From Promethearchaeota archaeon (lineage in GTDB: Archaea; Asgardarchaeota; Lokiarchaeia; Sigyniarchaeales; SOKP01), in NCBI GenBank assembly GCA_048940445.1, contig JBHLON010000001.1, positions 83,386 to 147,385 on the forward strand: a stretch of DNA of 64,000 nt. The letters run 5' to 3'. Under the pieces are notes generated by a model that saw nothing but the letters and a program-made list of their open reading frames with translations, was not told where the DNA came from and ran no database searches. The position numbers and the translations under genes are program-made. Positions 43,773 to 53,723 of this stretch are shown here, one piece after another; positions within the stretch are counted from its first letter, which is position 1, and every line of letters starts with the position of its first letter.

Positions 43773-45119
43773 CTATATTTTCAGCGATTTCAAGGATTTA
43801 ATTGATTCGGGAATATTTTTTATTACATTTCCAGTAAGATCTAAAATTTTGAGATTTTGTAAATTAATTATATGTTCAGGAACACTATTAAGGTTTCCTT
43901 GATCCGTTTTCAGATAAAAGTATTCTAACTTTTCTAAATTACCTATAGAGGCTGGAATTTCACCGATTTTATTATAATTCAAATTTAAAATCTGTAAGTT
44001 GGTTAATTCTCCAATACAATTAGGAATAAATCTAATATTTTGGTTTACCATACATAACTCTACTAATAACTTTAAATTGCAAATCTCTTTCGGGAAAATT
44101 CCAATAGGAGAAAGCTCTGAAGATATATAAAGAGTGTGTATATTACCATTATTATTAATTTTATAATAAAATAATAATGAATGAGAAGCAGAGCTATCTA
44201 ATTCTAATCTAATAAAAGCTTGACCAGTTAGAATCTCCAATAATCCTAATATCGAAGCCTCTTTAAAATTTACTCCATCTTTAACATATTTTTTAGTAAA
44301 ATAATCTTTTGAGGCTACTTTCAATACCCAATTCGGAATGCTTTCAATCTGATTGTTATTTAATATAAGATTTTTAAGATTAGACAAATAACCAGAATCA
44401 TCTGGTATGGATTCAATTTTACTACGTTTAATTACTAAATTCTCTAATTTAGAGAGGGTGTGAAGAGAATTTGGTATTTTTGCAAGATTTTCTAATACCA
44501 ATCCCGTGATACATCCATCTTTTGTCGATTTTATCCTCCCTAAACCTTTAAATCCTATTTCAGAATTCTCCTTAAATAATTTTTTTCTTTCAATTTCAGA
44601 TATTTTAAATTTATTTGAAAATTCACTAAAGGTCTTGATGAATTTTTCATAATCAAGAAAATCTAATTCTAATATAAATCTAGAATCTGCTTTTCTTAGA
44701 TTGTAAATCATTTCTAATTTTTTTAGAATTTTTTCTTTAAAGATTTGAAGTTTTGAATCTTGAGATTCATCTATAAAATCCAACATTTTTTTATAAAATA
44801 AAATAGATTTTTCATTGTTAACTAACCAATTTAATGCATTTTTAGTTTGATCAAGATTATTTTTAAGAGCAAATTTTGCGGCACTAAATCTTACTAAAGG
44901 TGATTCATCAGTGATTATACATTTTTCGACGATTTTAACAACTTTTTCATTAAAAAATGATAATTTTTCGATTAGGTTAATTGCTTGAACCCTAATTTCT
45001 TCCTTATCACTTTCATTGATAAACGATTCAAGATTCTTTAGGGCTTCAATTTTATTAACTTTATTCTTTATAAAATCTTCATAAATTCTATCTGGATCAA
45101 AATTTTTATCCATCTTCAA
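43773..45119 (-). CDS. HEAT-like + leucine-rich-repeat (LRR) protein
   Basis: N-terminal HEAT/PBS-lyase-like repeats ('DESPLVRFSAAKFALKN'). C-terminal LRRs include 'LSNLKNLILNNNQIESIPNWV', 'LTNLQILNLNYNKIGEIPASIGNLEKLEYF' and 'LQNLKILDLTGNVIKNIPESI'. Confidence 0.8.
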   Translation of the reverse strand: MKMDKNFDPDRIYEDFIKNKVNKIEALKNLESFINESDKEEIRVQAINLIEKLSFFNEKVVKIVEKCIITDESPLVRFSAAKFALKNNLDQTKNALNWLVNNEKSILFYKKMLDFIDESQDSKLQIFKEKILKKLEMIYNLRKADSRFILELDFLDYEKFIKTFSEFSNKFKISEIERKKLFKENSEIGFKGLGRIKSTKDGCITGLVLENLAKIPNSLHTLSKLENLVIKRSKIESIPDDSGYLSNLKNLILNNNQIESIPNWVLKVASKDYFTKKYVKDGVNFKEASILGLLEILTGQAFIRLELDSSASHSLLFYYKINNNGNIHTLYISSELSPIGIFPKEICNLKLLVELCMVNQNIRFIPNCIGELTNLQILNLNYNKIGEIPASIGNLEKLEYFYLKTDQGNLNSVPEHIINLQNLKILDLTGNVIKNIPESIKSLKSLKI

Positions 45120-45138
45120 AAAATCGTAAATTATTTAG

Positions 45139-46275
45139 TTAAATTAAACTTTCCTTTACCACTTCATGGTGACAAAAGTTAATTGATTGCATTTCCTTAG
45201 TATATAGCCTAATATCTTTTAAAACTTTAACATAAGAAGCTAGTATAACTAAATTCTCATTTTGTCCCTTTAATTGAACATTTTCTTCAAGAAGACAATT
45301 ATCAGAAATTATTGACTTTTCAATCTTAACTTTTTTTGAGATATAAGATTCATTGTATATTAATGTTTCTTTGATTTGGGTTTCTTTATCTATATAAACA
45401 TTATCACCGATAATTACATTCGGACCTATAACACAATTTCCTCTAATAATAACTTTTTTTCCTATTACACAGGGATGAATGATTTTAGTAGTTGGATCAA
45501 TATCAACAGAATCATCAATTAATGATTTCCTTTTTTCATTTAGATTATGTAAAATATCGTTCATTAACAAGATACTTCCTTGATATAAATCATATGGCTT
45601 TCCAATATCTTTCCATATACCTGTAATAGGAAAGTGAAATAATTTATTCTCAGCAGCTAATTTATGAAATATGTCTCTCTCCATTGAAAGTTTTTTATTT
45701 GGTTCAATGTAGGAGAATATTTCTGGTTCTAAAATATAGAGCCCTGCATTGATAGGTATTGGAGTATATTTACCGTTAGGAGGAAAATACTCTTCTTTTT
45801 CAAGAAACTTTTTAAGCTGATTAGTTTCTGGATTAATTATCAGAACTCCATAAGGAGAGGGATCATCGACGATTTTGCTAGCTATTGTACCTCTTGCTTG
45901 AGATTTTTCATGAAATTCAAGCATATCTTTAAAATTAAAATTTAAAATGATATCTCCATTTAACATAAAGAAATTCTCATCTTTCAGATAAGATTCCGCT
46001 AACTTGATTGCCCCTGCTGTTCCCATAGGATATTTTTCATTTGTGTAATGAATTTTTACTCCAAACTTACTTCCATCTTTAAAGTAATTTTGTACTACTT
46101 CAGACATTACACTTACAGCCAATATTATTTCTTTAACACCTGCGGATTTCAAGAGTAAAATCTGTCTTTCAATAACAGGTTTATTAACAATAGGTATCAA
46201 GGATTTAGGAATAGTGCAAGTTAAAGGTCGTAACCTTGTTCCCCAACCACCAGATAAAATTATCCCTTTAGTCAT
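45139..46275 (-). CDS. Sugar-1-phosphate nucleotidyltransferase with a C-terminal hexapeptide-repeat domain
   Basis: 'GIILSGGWGTRLRPLTCTIPKSLIPIVNKPVIE', with LbH-like repeats in the C-terminal third. Confidence 0.8.
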   Translation of the reverse strand: MTKGIILSGGWGTRLRPLTCTIPKSLIPIVNKPVIERQILLLKSAGVKEIILAVSVMSEVVQNYFKDGSKFGVKIHYTNEKYPMGTAGAIKLAESYLKDENFFMLNGDIILNFNFKDMLEFHEKSQARGTIASKIVDDPSPYGVLIINPETNQLKKFLEKEEYFPPNGKYTPIPINAGLYILEPEIFSYIEPNKKLSMERDIFHKLAAENKLFHFPITGIWKDIGKPYDLYQGSILLMNDILHNLNEKRKSLIDDSVDIDPTTKIIHPCVIGKKVIIRGNCVIGPNVIIGDNVYIDKETQIKETLIYNESYISKKVKIEKSIISDNCLLEENVQLKGQNENLVILASYVKVLKDIRLYTKEMQSINFCHHEVVKESLI

Positions 46276-46412
46276 TTCATAAGTCCTTTATATGAGTACT
46301 TGTATGTAATTAATATTTTCTAAAAAAAATTTAGGTTTCTGACGATAAATCTTCTGGTTCATTTAATAATAGAAAAATGAATATGTAACTTAAATTAATG
46401 ATCTATTTCTTA

Positions 46413-47666
46413 TTATTTATCATATACATGTTCATATTTAACAGACGACACGTTTGTAACTAAAAGTGTAGTAGTCACTACAACAACAATTAAGTAGGCA
46501 AAGGATAAATAAAGAGGGATAATCCCTATTAACGCTGCTAAAGTACCAGCCACCAAACTCCCTAGAGGTATTACAAACCATGCTAATGAAACAACGATGG
46601 ACATTACTTTTCCTTGTTTTTCTGCTGGAACATGTAATTGGATGATCGTTAGAAAATTTGTATTAATCAAGGGAGTCATTGCGGCACGTATCATCCCACC
46701 AATACCTATCATCGCAAAAAAACCAATTGGAGAAAGTGCAGATATAACATAACCTACAGCTGAAATCAGAATACAACTTGTGATTACTAATACTCTATTT
46801 TTATAGTCTTTTTTAATTGTCGCTATCACTGCCCCCACGATCATACCTATTTGCATTAACCCTACAATAAATGCATAAGAATATTGATTTCCATGATGAA
46901 CATCTCCCACAAATACCGGCAATAATGTACCAAAAGGTACACCTAAAAAGTTTACAACTGAGATAAGTATTAATAAAATTACAAGTCCTGGAACCTTCCT
47001 AAGTCCTCTAGTTCCTTGCCTAAAGTCTCTAAAAAAAGAAAACTTTTTCGCTTTAAAGTTGTTCTGCTTAACTTTTGGAATCCTAATCAATATCAGGGGT
47101 ATTAAAGCAATAAAAAAAGTTATAACATCCGCCCATAAGATGGTTGCAATTGGAAAAAACCCATAAAGTACCGCTCCAACAGCAGGTCCAGCAATTTGAA
47201 CGAGTCCGTTAAAACCATAATCAATAGCATTCATTCTACTCAAATATTTTTTAGGAATCATTATTGGAATTATAGCTTTTACAGTTGGAAAATGAAATGC
47301 TTGACAAACTCCACGAAGACTATTAATAAGAATTACAATCGTTACATTTTCCATCCCAGACATAAAGATCAGTATTAAGCAGAACGTAATAAAAGCTTGC
47401 ATAGAATCTGCAATCGCTATAACATATTTTCGATTCCATTTATCAATGAAAACCCCAGCAATAGGACTCAAAACAATTAATGGCAACATATTTAAGAAAT
47501 TTGCAAAACCTAGTAAAAAACTTGCCAAATTTACATCAGGCGTGATTTCCCTAATCCACCAAACTATTACAAAACCTACTACAGAGGACCCAAGTAACGA
47601 AAATAATTGACCACCCCAAAAAAAAATGTAACTCTTAAAAGTATTACCTGTTGCTATAGAATGCAT
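46413..47666 (-). CDS. MFS transporter
   Basis: 417 aa with a 12-TM-like pattern. 'DKWNRKYV' after TM2 is an MFS-like D-R/K-x-G-R-K-type loop. Confidence 0.7.
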   Translation of the reverse strand: MHSIATGNTFKSYIFFWGGQLFSLLGSSVVGFVIVWWIREITPDVNLASFLLGFANFLNMLPLIVLSPIAGVFIDKWNRKYVIAIADSMQAFITFCLILIFMSGMENVTIVILINSLRGVCQAFHFPTVKAIIPIMIPKKYLSRMNAIDYGFNGLVQIAGPAVGAVLYGFFPIATILWADVITFFIALIPLILIRIPKVKQNNFKAKKFSFFRDFRQGTRGLRKVPGLVILLILISVVNFLGVPFGTLLPVFVGDVHHGNQYSYAFIVGLMQIGMIVGAVIATIKKDYKNRVLVITSCILISAVGYVISALSPIGFFAMIGIGGMIRAAMTPLINTNFLTIIQLHVPAEKQGKVMSIVVSLAWFVIPLGSLVAGTLAALIGIIPLYLSFAYLIVVVVTTTLLVTNVSSVKYEHVYDK

Positions 47667-47776
47667 ATTCTATGATTTTGATAAATAAAAATTCTTAATA
47701 AAATAAAAAATAAAGTTTTGTATTTGTAGTTTTTGTGCTTGAAGTTAAATTGAACTAGTTGTTTCTTAATTGAAAC

Positions 47777-49558
47777 TTATTTTTTATATAATGGATCCGC
47801 TTCTTGAAGTAGCCTTCTTTGAACTTTTCCCATTACACTTTTAGGAATTTCGTCAATAAATTCTATATATTTAGGTATTTTCCAGTGTGTCATATTTTCT
47901 TCTGCCCATTTTAGGAGATCTTGTTCAGAGATTTTTCCAATATAACCTGATTTTAATGCAATCCATGCTTTGGTTATTTCTCCAACTTTTCCCTCAGGAT
48001 CCGGTAATCCAGCAACTGCAGCTTCAGAGACAGCCTCGTGCTTCATAAGCATTGTTTCTATTTCAGTGGGAAATACAGAATGACCAGCAACTTTAATTAG
48101 TTGCTTTTTTCTATCCATTAATGTAATAGTTCCATCTTCTCGCATATATCCAATATCACCTGTTCTTAACCAAATTCTACCATCCCATTGTTGTAAAGTC
48201 TGTTTAGTTTCTTCTGGCTGATTCAAGTATTCTTTCATTACCTGAGGACCATAAATACATACTTCTCCTGTATAATGTTCTCCATATTTCGAACCAGGGA
48301 GTCCATCAGCTATAGGTCCATTATTTAATGTTGGTGCATTTGCATCAAAAATACTCCAATCTGTTCCTGGTAAAGGCATACCAATTGTTCCTATTGGAGA
48401 TTCTCCGAATAGGTTACCAGCACTAACAATGGGGCTTGCTTCTGATAACCCATACCCTTCTACAATTCTTCCTCCGGTCTTTTTCTCAAATGCATCCCTT
48501 ATAGGAGCATGAAGTGGACCAGCTCCAGAGACATTTAGTTTCATTTTTCCCATCAAATGAGAGAATTTATTTAAATATGGATAATCTGTTATTCGTTTAA
48601 ATAGTATCTCTGCTGCAGCATAAGCAAGACCTTGAGGGGCTGGTAATTTATCTATAGTTTTAAGTAAATCTTCTGTAGAAGGGGGTCTAGCAAAAAGCAT
48701 CATCCATCCTCCAAGACCAATTGCTACATGCATTACAGCAGTCATAGCAAAGGAATGAAATAAGGGTAAAACACCTATATCTCCTATACCCGGCTGTTCT
48801 CCTCCAAAAATTTCAACTACTTGTCTAACATTAGATACTAAATTGAAATGAGTTAAAACTGTAGCTTTGGGTACCCCAGTAGTTCCACCCGTCATTATAT
48901 AAGTTGCAGTATGAGTCGAGGGATCAAAACTAACTTGTGGAACATTTGAGGGTGTATTTAAAAGATCCAAAAATTTATGTGAGGGAATAAAATCAACTTT
49001 TCCAGAAGGTAATTTTCCTAACATTTTTCCTAAAATCTTTTTAAGACCCTTAAATCCAGATGCTAAGTCAATAATATTGGTATATATAACTAATTCAACG
49101 TCTGTCTTTTCAATGATAGGTGCCGCTAGATCTTTATATAATGAATCTAAAACAATTAATACTTTTGCTTTAGTTAATTCGAGATGATGACGTACTTCTA
49201 GAGGTTTATACGTAGGATTTATCCCAGTAGAAATTACTCCCAACTTAGCACATGCGTAGAAAGCAATAATATATTGAAAACAATTCGGTAACAACAATGC
49301 TACTACGTCATTTTTAGTTATACCTAAATTGTGAAGAGCTGTTGCAAAAGAATCAATGTAATTTCCTGCTTCATCATAAGTCATCCAAGTATCTAAGAAC
49401 CACATTACATTATAGTCAGAATATTTCTTCCTTTGTCTTTCAAAAAATTCTCCAAGGCTAATATTTTCGAAATCAGTATTAAAAGGGACTCCTTCAGGCC
49501 ACCAACTATGAAACCAACTCTTTTCCTCGTTAATATGAAATTTTTTCATAAATAACAC
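47777..49558 (-). CDS. Long-chain/medium-chain fatty acid-CoA ligase (AMP-dependent synthetase family)
   Basis: 'TGGTTGVPKATVLTH', 'EGYGLSE', 'TGDIGYMREDG' and C-terminal 'GKVQRR'. Confidence 0.9.
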   Translation of the reverse strand: MLFMKKFHINEEKSWFHSWWPEGVPFNTDFENISLGEFFERQRKKYSDYNVMWFLDTWMTYDEAGNYIDSFATALHNLGITKNDVVALLLPNCFQYIIAFYACAKLGVISTGINPTYKPLEVRHHLELTKAKVLIVLDSLYKDLAAPIIEKTDVELVIYTNIIDLASGFKGLKKILGKMLGKLPSGKVDFIPSHKFLDLLNTPSNVPQVSFDPSTHTATYIMTGGTTGVPKATVLTHFNLVSNVRQVVEIFGGEQPGIGDIGVLPLFHSFAMTAVMHVAIGLGGWMMLFARPPSTEDLLKTIDKLPAPQGLAYAAAEILFKRITDYPYLNKFSHLMGKMKLNVSGAGPLHAPIRDAFEKKTGGRIVEGYGLSEASPIVSAGNLFGESPIGTIGMPLPGTDWSIFDANAPTLNNGPIADGLPGSKYGEHYTGEVCIYGPQVMKEYLNQPEETKQTLQQWDGRIWLRTGDIGYMREDGTITLMDRKKQLIKVAGHSVFPTEIETMLMKHEAVSEAAVAGLPDPEGKVGEITKAWIALKSGYIGKISEQDLLKWAEENMTHWKIPKYIEFIDEIPKSVMGKVQRRLLQEADPLYKK

Positions 49559-49676
49559 CCCTCTTACAAATTCTTTATATCAAAAATTAATTTTATAGTA
49601 CAAATAATATTTTTAAGAGAGTTTAATATAAAAAGTTTATAAGTATTAATCAAAATTTCTATAAAATGAAGTGGTT

Positions 49677-50783
49677 TTAAATATCATCTGTCACTTTCTT
49701 TGAAAAGTAAAATACTCCTGGTTCAATCCCTCTTCTTTCAGCTATTTTATAGAATAATAGTTGAATAATAATTATTTCTAATATTGGTGCTAAGTGGTTA
49801 TCCATAACATTATGTTTATAGACTAGCACTTTAGGATTATTGTGTATTGCTTCAAGTTCTTCATTAAAGTTTTGATTTGTTATATGCAGAAGTTTTTTGC
49901 ATTTCCATTTGTTTATAAGGTGCTCCAAAAATGTTTTACTCAACAGTAGATTTTTCTCATCAGCAGTGATTAAGATTATTATTGTATTGTCATTAAGGCA
50001 TTCAATCCCTCCATGACGGAATATTGATATTGAAGTAGCTTCAGAATAGATTTTTGTTATCTCCTTACAGTTTAAAGCTGCTTGATGAGCTGTAACCATT
50101 GAGGATCCCCGTGAGATAATTTCAATAAAGTTCATATCATATCCAACAAAATTCACTAAATTATTCCAAATTTTATTGATTAAATCATTTAGAAGGATAG
50201 TAATCTCTTCAATTAAGAGATCGATATGTTCATGCTCTTTTCCATTTATGAAGAATTCACCAGTTATTGTTTTTGCCATTACATAGAGTAATAATAAAGT
50301 ACAAACATAGCTTTTCGAGGTCACAGAAGTTTCCTCATCAAAATTCATTAAAATTTGTAATTCTGTCATTGAAGCAAGATAACTATTAGGATTATTTGTA
50401 ATGCCTATAGTGAGAGGTGTATCCTCAATTGAGTTAATTTTTCTTAATAACTCTCTAATTTCACCTGATTCTCCAGATTGAGAGATAATCACGATTCCAG
50501 TGTTCTTAAATATGTCTTGCTTTCTTTCTGGGAATAGATTAAAGAGAAATTCTCCAGAGTCTCTAATTTCTGTTGTTATTCCATATTGATTTAAAATATA
50601 GTAAGGTAAATAGGTACTGATAAAACTACTACCCATACCAGTGAAAATTAACTTGGTTATACCCCCTTTTTTAATAAAGTCCTTCACGATCAAAAATTGA
50701 GCCTTCCCTTCGTTTAAGACATAATTTAAAGTATCTCTTAACGCTTGAGGTTGAGATTTAATCTCTGCTAAAAACTGATTCAT
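49677..50783 (-). CDS. Double SIS-domain sugar-phosphate isomerase/deaminase (GlmS C-terminal / AgaS-like)
   Basis: 'FTGMGSSF' and 'IIISQSGESGE' in the first SIS domain, followed by a second SIS-like half. There is no glutaminase domain. Confidence 0.75.
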   Translation of the reverse strand: MNQFLAEIKSQPQALRDTLNYVLNEGKAQFLIVKDFIKKGGITKLIFTGMGSSFISTYLPYYILNQYGITTEIRDSGEFLFNLFPERKQDIFKNTGIVIISQSGESGEIRELLRKINSIEDTPLTIGITNNPNSYLASMTELQILMNFDEETSVTSKSYVCTLLLLYVMAKTITGEFFINGKEHEHIDLLIEEITILLNDLINKIWNNLVNFVGYDMNFIEIISRGSSMVTAHQAALNCKEITKIYSEATSISIFRHGGIECLNDNTIIILITADEKNLLLSKTFLEHLINKWKCKKLLHITNQNFNEELEAIHNNPKVLVYKHNVMDNHLAPILEIIIIQLLFYKIAERRGIEPGVFYFSKKVTDDI

Positions 50784-50860
50784 AAATAATAATAAAAAAA
50801 AATATAAAATAAAATTAATTTAAAGAACTCAAATAGAAAACTTTATTGAGTTAATAGTTT

Positions 50861-51220
50861 ATGATTTGTAGACACGGTCTTGAAATAATTAATTGTCCGG
50901 TTTGTCGAATATCCATTAATACACGACCATTAAATGATTTAAAACCAGATCTAATTACTAAAAATTTAATTAAACCAATGAGTCCTGTCTTTAAGCAACA
51001 CTTTAAAAATAATAATGATAAGCTAAATTTTGGTATTTCAAAGACTAAATTTACTCATACTGTTCCATTACCTAAAATGATGGGCCAAATACCCAATTTT
51101 GAAAACAGATTATTTCTTGAAAAACTCAAAGAAATAAATGTTAAGAAATTTAATAAATATGGAGTTTCAAAGAACATTCCTTTTTCAAAAAAGGAATTTA
51201 ATCTTGAAAATATAGAGTAA
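50861..51220 (+). CDS. Hypothetical small protein with an N-terminal CxxxxxxxxCPVC zinc knuckle
   Basis: 119 aa, 'MICRHGLEIINCPVCR'. The rest is Lys/Asn-rich and low in complexity. Confidence 0.35.
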   Translation: MICRHGLEIINCPVCRISINTRPLNDLKPDLITKNLIKPMSPVFKQHFKNNNDKLNFGISKTKFTHTVPLPKMMGQIPNFENRLFLEKLKEINVKKFNKYGVSKNIPFSKKEFNLENIE

Positions 51221-51327
51221 TTTTCATTTTATATTAATTAGACTTAAGTATTAATTTTTCACTTATTTAAATTATCATTACATCTAATAATTATAACTCA
51301 ATTTAAATTAATAGAAGGTGGTATATT

Positions 51328-51975
51328 TTGGATTATCAAATGGAAATTTTTTGGTTAGATCATGCTGCTTTTAAGATTAATATGTTTAATGGTAAAATTA
51401 TCTATTTAGACCCTTATAAAATCAAGGAAGCAAAAGAAAAAGCAGACATAATAGTGACGTCGCATACACATAGCGATCACTTTTCCAAAGCAGATATTAA
51501 GAAAGTATGGCAGGATAGCACAATTTTAATTGGACCTGAAAGTATTGCAAGCAGTTTAGAGAAGTATAACGGAAAAGCTCTCAGAATTGGAGATATCGTT
51601 GATTATAAAGATTTTAAAATAGAATTAGTTCCCGCATATACAATTAAAAAAGCCACCCATCCTAAGAGTAATCGATGGTCAGGAACAATTATTGAGGCTG
51701 GGGGAAAAAGTGTATATCATGCTGGAGATACGGAAAGAATCCCAGAAATGAAAGAATTAGCTAAAAGAAATATAACAGTTGCATTACTACCATGTGGAGG
51801 TACATATACTATGGATTTTGAAGAATCCACTGATGCTGCGATGGATATCCAGCCTGAAATTGTCGTTCCAATGCACACGTGGGGAGCTAATTTAAATCAA
51901 TACAAGGAAATTATGAATAAAAAAGACCCAAACATTAAGGTCGAGATTTTAGAGAATAGATCCCTAAAGATTTAG
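51328..51975 (+). CDS. Metallo-beta-lactamase-fold hydrolase (UPF0173-like)
   Basis: 'IIVTSHTHSDH', 'YHAGDT' and 'VPMH'. The TTG start lies 6 nt after AAGGTGG (51315-51321). Confidence 0.8.
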   Translation: MDYQMEIFWLDHAAFKINMFNGKIIYLDPYKIKEAKEKADIIVTSHTHSDHFSKADIKKVWQDSTILIGPESIASSLEKYNGKALRIGDIVDYKDFKIELVPAYTIKKATHPKSNRWSGTIIEAGGKSVYHAGDTERIPEMKELAKRNITVALLPCGGTYTMDFEESTDAAMDIQPEIVVPMHTWGANLNQYKEIMNKKDPNIKVEILENRSLKI

Positions 51976-52122
51976 ACTTATTTATCTTTTTTACTTCTTT
52001 CTTTTTTTACTCCTATGCAAAATATTAAATAATACTTGAATATAATATTACACATTCAATTTATTAGGTGATCCAATATAGAAACAACAAGAGTATTAGA
52101 TTTAATATTTAAAATCCTTTTA

Positions 52123-52854
52123 TTGTCAATTGGGATTATCTTTGATATATTTATAATGTTATTTTGCAATGATTATACATATTTGGGCAGAGTATTATTT
52201 TCCACGGGTATATTTATTGGGCCTACTTGCACTATTTTTGGAATTTCTTTCTTATTGCCTAGTAAGCACTCTGTTAGGATCTATTGGGTTATTATTGGAT
52301 GTTTGATTGGTGCAGGTTCGATATATTTGGGTACTTACTTCTTAGTTAATTCATTTTTCAAAATACCTCAATATGCTTACTCTATCTTACCTTATCTTTT
52401 GTACATTATACCATATATTCTTCTAGTAGGGGGAACACTTTTAATTATAGGTGCTCCATTAAATTTTGCAAGAAATTCGAAGAAGATAAGGAAATTGGAC
52501 TCATTGTCTCAAGCAGATTTAGTTAATTTGTTCAGCTGTCCCAAATGTGGAACAATTGGTGCTATTTACTTTGTAAAGCCTGTTAAAGATCAACTTTTAG
52601 TAAAACAAAAATGTCCCTATCATGGAGGAAGACTTTTTAAACTCCCAATAAGATTAAAAGATGATTCAATTTCCCACTTCCAGGATGCTATATTTCGTTG
52701 TCTTAAATGTGGACAAAGGGCTACATCTTTTCACGTAAAATATTCATTACCTTGGGCTTTAATTACAGTAGATTGCCCAACCCATGGATTGAAAACCTAT
52801 AAAATATGGTACACTGTCTACAGTGAAATTTCTGAAGGGATAATTGAGCGTTAG
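52123..52854 (+). CDS. Membrane protein with a cytoplasmic duplicated zinc-ribbon module
   Basis: There are four N-terminal TM helices. These are followed by 'CPKCG-x21-CPYHG' and 'CLKCG-x21-CPTHG', which look like an internal duplication. Confidence 0.5.
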   Translation: MSIGIIFDIFIMLFCNDYTYLGRVLFSTGIFIGPTCTIFGISFLLPSKHSVRIYWVIIGCLIGAGSIYLGTYFLVNSFFKIPQYAYSILPYLLYIIPYILLVGGTLLIIGAPLNFARNSKKIRKLDSLSQADLVNLFSCPKCGTIGAIYFVKPVKDQLLVKQKCPYHGGRLFKLPIRLKDDSISHFQDAIFRCLKCGQRATSFHVKYSLPWALITVDCPTHGLKTYKIWYTVYSEISEGIIER

Positions 52855-52916
52855 AAAACTTTTTTATTGCTCTTAGTACAATAAATTAAAGAAATATTCT
52901 AGACAATAATTTTAAT

Positions 52917-53672
52917 CTACTTTACTAACTGTTTTAACATGACAAATTCAGCTTTTTTAGATAGAGTTTCCCTTATAAAACTTTTAAATCGATATAAGAA
53001 CATATCTCCCGTATTAATCCATCTATCAGGTCTAAAAAGAGCGTTTTTCAAAATATCTGAAAGTTCGATTTGATTAAACAATAATGATCTCATCTCTATT
53101 GCCTCCCAAGGGTGCACGTATAATACTAATAACTCTTTTTTATATATCCACTTACGTAAAGGAGAATAACTCAAGGGTAATCTAAAAATTATATTTAAAT
53201 TTGGATGGAATTCTTGAATTTCTCCATTAATTCCATGAGAATTTTTTAGTATATGGATTGAATTATGATTTATTGAAGAATCATATTTAAATCCCTGATT
53301 CTTTAAAATAATAAATAAATAATTTGGAACCTTTAAATAAGGAGCTCTAAAACCTATAATTTCTGAACTTTGAGAGACTTTTTCAAGAATCTTTTTGTTT
53401 TGAGTTATTATTTCTTCACATTCTTCAAAATCCAACTTGGTTAGTCTCTCGTGATTTAAACCATGACACGCAATCTCATGTCCTTGACGAATAATTAACT
53501 TTATATATTTTGGCAAACGATTAGCGATATTTCCAGTACAAAAGAAAGTTCCTTTAATATTGAAATCATCTAAAATCTTAAGTATTTTTACCAAACCGAA
53601 TTCTATCCCAAAAGATGTATCCAAAACATTAGGTATATCCCGTTCAATATCAAAAGTTAAAGCAATTTTCAT
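52917..53672 (-). CDS. Polysaccharide deacetylase (CE4 / NodB-fold)
   Basis: 'ALTFDIERD', 'ACHGLNHE' and 'FRAPYL' correspond to NodB motifs 1-3. Confidence 0.8.
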   Translation of the reverse strand: MKIALTFDIERDIPNVLDTSFGIEFGLVKILKILDDFNIKGTFFCTGNIANRLPKYIKLIIRQGHEIACHGLNHERLTKLDFEECEEIITQNKKILEKVSQSSEIIGFRAPYLKVPNYLFIILKNQGFKYDSSINHNSIHILKNSHGINGEIQEFHPNLNIIFRLPLSYSPLRKWIYKKELLVLYVHPWEAIEMRSLLFNQIELSDILKNALFRPDRWINTGDMFLYRFKSFIRETLSKKAEFVMLKQLVK

Positions 53673-53723
53673 TATTGTAATCTTTTATAGTAATTTTAGC
53701 TTAAATTATTCTGTTTATTTAAA

